The translations under genes and the position numbers were made by a program. Shown here piece by piece: positions 59,797-64,000 of a stretch of DNA of 64,000 bases. Positions within the stretch are counted from its first letter, which is position 1. Each line of letters opens with the position of its first letter. A model generated the notes under the pieces. The model was not told where the DNA came from. It did no database searches and was given only the letters and a program-made list of their open reading frames with translations. The stretch lies in assembly GCF_032444005.1 (NCBI RefSeq), contig NC_091286.1, positions 639,654,001 through 639,718,000 on the forward strand. Reading direction: 5' to 3'. This DNA is from Ranitomeya imitator (taxonomy: Eukaryota).

Positions 59797-60885
59797 CTCA
59801 TGATGAACATTAAGGGTAGCAAGGAAACCTAATGGAAACAATTGTTAACCCTGTGTGTTACATGAGAAATAAGCTAAAGAGGGACGGGTGGGGGATTATG
59901 GTGATGGCCTGAAGAGATCAAACCGACAAGCCCCTAAAGCCAAGAGAATAAACCTAAAGAGCACTGTGCCTTGGCCAAGGTATTCAGATGCTGGGATAGA
60001 TCAGTGATCTGAAAGAGAACCTGTCATGTCCAATACCGCTATGGGGTTAATACCGTTATGTAGGTGTCCTGCCGCTGTACTGACAGTGCAGTACCAGGAA
60101 AAAAATGAACTTTATTTCAGTCATACAGATGTGTCGGGAATAATTACAGTCACTGCTCACAGCACTGAGAGCGGCAGCTGTAAGCATTCTCCAGCACTGA
60201 CAGCAGGCTATGTACTGGTGCAAGTGGGGTGGGTTATATAATTATTTAGGAGTGATCTGCCACTATTTAAATGAGATATCAACCTGGAAAAAGTACCTTA
60301 GGATGTGTTTAAAATATAAATACGTAAACTTATTAATACACTTGTATTAACCCCTTTCCGACATTGAGCATAAGTACGCCGATGTCGCACTCCCTCCCTT
60401 TGATGCAAATGTAGGAGATGTGATAATGGTATTGTTTATTTTTCTCCCCTAACCTCTGTTCATGTACCATGTTCAGTTGGGCCTGGGTGCCTGTACAGCT
60501 CACAGGGGGCTAGCTAGCCCAAGGCACATCGTGCCCCGCATCGTTATTCTAAAAAGAGTGGGCCCAGCACTAATATCCAGGGGGCCAGAACAAAGAACAG
60601 AGAGTACAGAATCAGCAGTGCAGTATAAGTGGGACTGCAGCTGCTGAACAGAAGAAGGCTGAGCAAAGTGGGAGAAAGTGCACCAAGATGTGGCAGGTTT
60701 TTGCCGCTATTCTCCGGACCGTGGTGAAACGGCAGGGAATGCCCCCACGGAAGGCAGAAATACTGGACATTGAGGAGACAGAGGGACCGTATAGTACGGA
60801 CCATCCCGAATGCAGGCTTAGTGACAGGCAAGGGTCAGAGATACCGGTGCCTGACGCTGTAACAATGTGTGACCTGGATGACAAG

Positions 60886-61647
60886 TGTTATGATCTGGTG
60901 GCCTAGGAGCAGCATGAGACGTACTCTGGAGAAGGTGGTACCTGTACTGACCGCAAACCCTGAACTTAGCAGCGCAACTAGAAGTAGCCGTGGGGGGTAC
61001 CTAACACTCCCTAAACCCCTCAACACAGCCTAAGAACTAACTACCCCTAAAGACAGAAACGGGAAAACTATCTTGCCTCAGTGAAAATCCCCAAAGGATA
61101 GACAGCCCCCCACAAATATTGACTGTGAGAGGAGAGGGAAATAACATACGCAGACATGAAATCAGGATTTAGCATAGGAGGCCATACTAGCTAAAAAGGA
61201 AGCATAAGACAGAGTACTATGCGGTCAGTATTAAAACACTAGAAAATATCCACCACAGAAAATACAAATCACTACATCTGACTAAAGACATGGAGGGTAT
61301 ATCTGCATCTCCAGAGACACAGCTTGGCTGCAAAAAATCCTTCACAGACAAAGCTGGACAAGACAAAACATGAAAATGCACAGAACTATAAGGTCCACAG
61401 CAGGTGGACAGCAAAAACCAAGCCAGGACTTATGTTAGATGAAATGAACAGCAGAACAGGAGATACCAGGTATGGATGTGAATCCTCCAAAAACAATGGA
61501 CAACTGGCACTGACTAAAGGATAAAGCAGGACTTAAATAGCCCAGCCCAAATTGCAAAAAATGGATACACCTGATAAATGCTGCGATCCAACTACCGCAG
61601 CACTACCACTCATAACCACCGGAGGGAGCCCAAGAGCAGAATTCACA
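60886..61647 (-). mobile_element. 3' LTR of a Gypsy (chromovirus) element
   Basis: On the minus strand the PPT AAGGGGGGG precedes TGTGAATTC..., and the LTR ends ...CATAACA at 60886. Confidence 0.85.
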
Positions 61648-64000
61648 ATAGTACCCCCCCTTGAGGAGGGGTCACCGAACCCTCACCAGAGCCCCCAGGC
61701 CGATCAGGACAAGCCAAATGAAAGGCACGAACCAAATCGTCAGCATGAACATCGGAGGCAACAACCCAAGAATTATCCTCCTGGCCATAACCCTTCCATT
61801 TGACCAGATACTGAAGCTTCCGCCTCGAAAAACGAGAATCCAAAATCTTCTCAACCACATACTCCAACTCCCCATCAATCAACATTGGGGCCGGAGGATC
61901 AACAGAGGGAATAACGGGCACCACATACTTCCGCAACAAAGATCTATGGAACACATTATGGATGGAAAAAGAGGCTGGAAGGGCCAAATGAAAAGACACC
62001 GGATTGATAATCTCAAAAATCCTATAAGGACCAATAAACCGAGGCTTGAACTTAGGGGAAGAAACCTTCATAGGAACATGACGGGAAGACAACCAGACCA
62101 AATCCCCAACCCGAAGCCGGGAACCAACACACCGACGACGGTTAGCAAAATGCTGAGCCTCCTCCTGAGACAACACCAAATTGTCCACCACATGAGCCCA
62201 AATCCGCTGCAGCTTGTCAACCACAGAATCCACACCAGGACAATCAGAAGGCTCAACCTGCCTTGAAGAAAAACGAGGATGGAAACCAAAATTACAAAAA
62301 AAAAAGCGAAACCAAGGTAGCAGAACTAGCCTGATTATTAAGGGCAAACTCGGCCAATGGCAAGAAAGCCACCCAATTATCCTGATCAGCAGACACAAAG
62401 CATCTCAAATAAGTTTCCAAAGTCTGATTAGTGCATTCGGTCTGGCCATTTGTCTGAGGATGAAATGCAGAAGAAAAAGACAAATCAATGCCCAGCCTAG
62501 CACAAAAGGCCCACCAAAACCTAGAAACAAACTGGGAACCTCTATCGGACACAATATTCTCCGGAATGCCATGCAAACGAACCACATGCTGAAAAAACAA
62601 CGGAACCAAATCAGAAGAGGAAGGCAATTTAGGCAAAGGTACCAAATGAACCATCTTAGAAAACTGGTCACAAACCACCCAGATAACCGACATCCTATGG
62701 GAAACCGGAAGATCTGAAATAAAATCCATAGAAATATGCGTCCAAGGTCTCTCAGGGACCGGCAAAGGCAGAAGCAACCCACTAGCGCGGGAACAGCAAG
62801 GCTTAGCCCGCGCACAAATCCCACAGGACTGCACAAAAGAACGCACATCCCGCGACAAAGAAGGCCACCAAAAGGACCTACCAACCAAATCTCTGGTACC
62901 AAAAATCCCAGGATGGCCAGCCAACACAGAAGAATGAACCTCAGAAATCACTTTACTAGTCCATCTATCAGGAACAAACAGTTTCCCCACTGGACAACGG
63001 TCAGGTTTATTAGCCTGAAATTCCTGAAGAACCCATCGTAAATCAGGGGAGATGGCAGAAAGAATCACCCCTTCCTTCAGAATGCCGACCGGCTCAAGAA
63101 CCCCAGGGGAATCAGGAAAAAACTCCTAGATTGGGCATCCGCCTTAACATTCTTAGAACCAGGAAGGTACGAGACCACAAAATCAAAACGGGAGAAAAAC
63201 AGGGACCATCGAGTCTAGGATTCAGTCGTTTGGCAGACTCGAGGTAAATCAGATTCTTATGATCGGTCAGGACCACAAAACGGTGCTTGGTCCCCTCAAG
63301 TCAATGACGCCACTCCTCAAATGCCCACTTCATAGCCAACAACTCCCGATTGCCGACATCATAATTACGTTCCGCAGGCGAAAACTTCCGAGAAAAGAAG
63401 GCACACGGTTTCATCAAGGAACCATCAGAATTCCTCTGAGACAAAACGGCCCCTGCCCCAATCTCAAACGCGTCAACCTCAACCTGAAATGGAAGAGAAA
63501 CATCCGGCTGACGCAACACAGGGGCAGAAGTAGATCGGCGTTTAAGCTCCTGAAAGGCAGAAACAGCCGCAGAGGACCAATTCGTCACATCAGCGCCTTT
63601 CTTCGTGAAATCGGTCAGAGGTTTAACCACACTGGAGAAGTTGGCAATGAAACGACGATAAAAATTAGCAAGGCCCAAGAATTTCTGAAGGCTCTTCACA
63701 GATGTGGGCTGAATCCAATCATGAATGGCCTGAACCTTAACCGGATCCATTTCTATAGATGAGGGAGAAAAAAATGAAGCCCAAAAAAGAAACCTTCTGC
63801 ACTCCAAAGAGGCACTTCGACCCCTTCACAAATAAAGCATTATCACGGAGGATCTGAAATTCCATCCTGACCTGTTTCACATGAGACTCCCAATCATCGG
63901 AAAAAATCAAAATATCATCCAAATATACAACCATGAATTTATCAAGATAACTCCGAAAGATATCATGCATGAAGGATTGGAACACAGATGGGGCATTAGA
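61643..64000 (-). pseudogene. Gypsy/Ty3 pol (RT, RNase H, integrase, chromodomain), disrupted; continues beyond the window
   Basis: RT VVYLDDILIFS; RNase [27 protein letters not shown]; integrase H-H-C-C (GHPG..SCGIC), ISMDF, DRGSQF, HPQTNGQTE; chromodomain EYVVEKILDSR..YLVKWKGYG..NSW. Split by frameshifts and a stop at 63301. Confidence 0.95.

Noticed and set aside
61661-63762. Plus-strand ORFs of 100-200 aa
   Set aside because: Antisense shadows of Gypsy pol.

Overview
Eukaryotic, repeat-saturated window. The repeat families look anuran/amphibian; that assignment is an inference. I could not confidently identify any host protein-coding gene. From left to right, it contains: (1) a giant hAT element starting at 3024, with a BED-finger transposase (7034-10624, minus strand) broken by a single in-frame stop, two internal tandem arrays (126-bp and 136-bp units), nested MITEs and TTAA-targeting piggyBac-like non-autonomous elements that carry telomere-like repeats; (2) a non-autonomous LTR element with a long non-pol ORF; (3) two full-length but defective Tc1 elements plus fragments; (4) four independent mini/satellite arrays (74, 34, 39 and 170 bp); (5) three short TSD-flanked fold-back insertions resembling Penelope-like (PLE) termini, one carrying a hammerhead-ribozyme core; (6) a solo LTR; and (7) the 3' half of a chromodomain-bearing Gypsy element running off the right edge. 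The most notable observations are the hammerhead motif in a 0.5-kb fold-back insertion, a satellite whose monomer is a 96-nt hairpin, a diverged and internally deleted copy of the transposase unit hidden inside the same hAT element, and telomeric repeats carried inside DNA-transposon derivatives. All coordinates were read by eye; boundaries marked approximate may be off by tens of bases.
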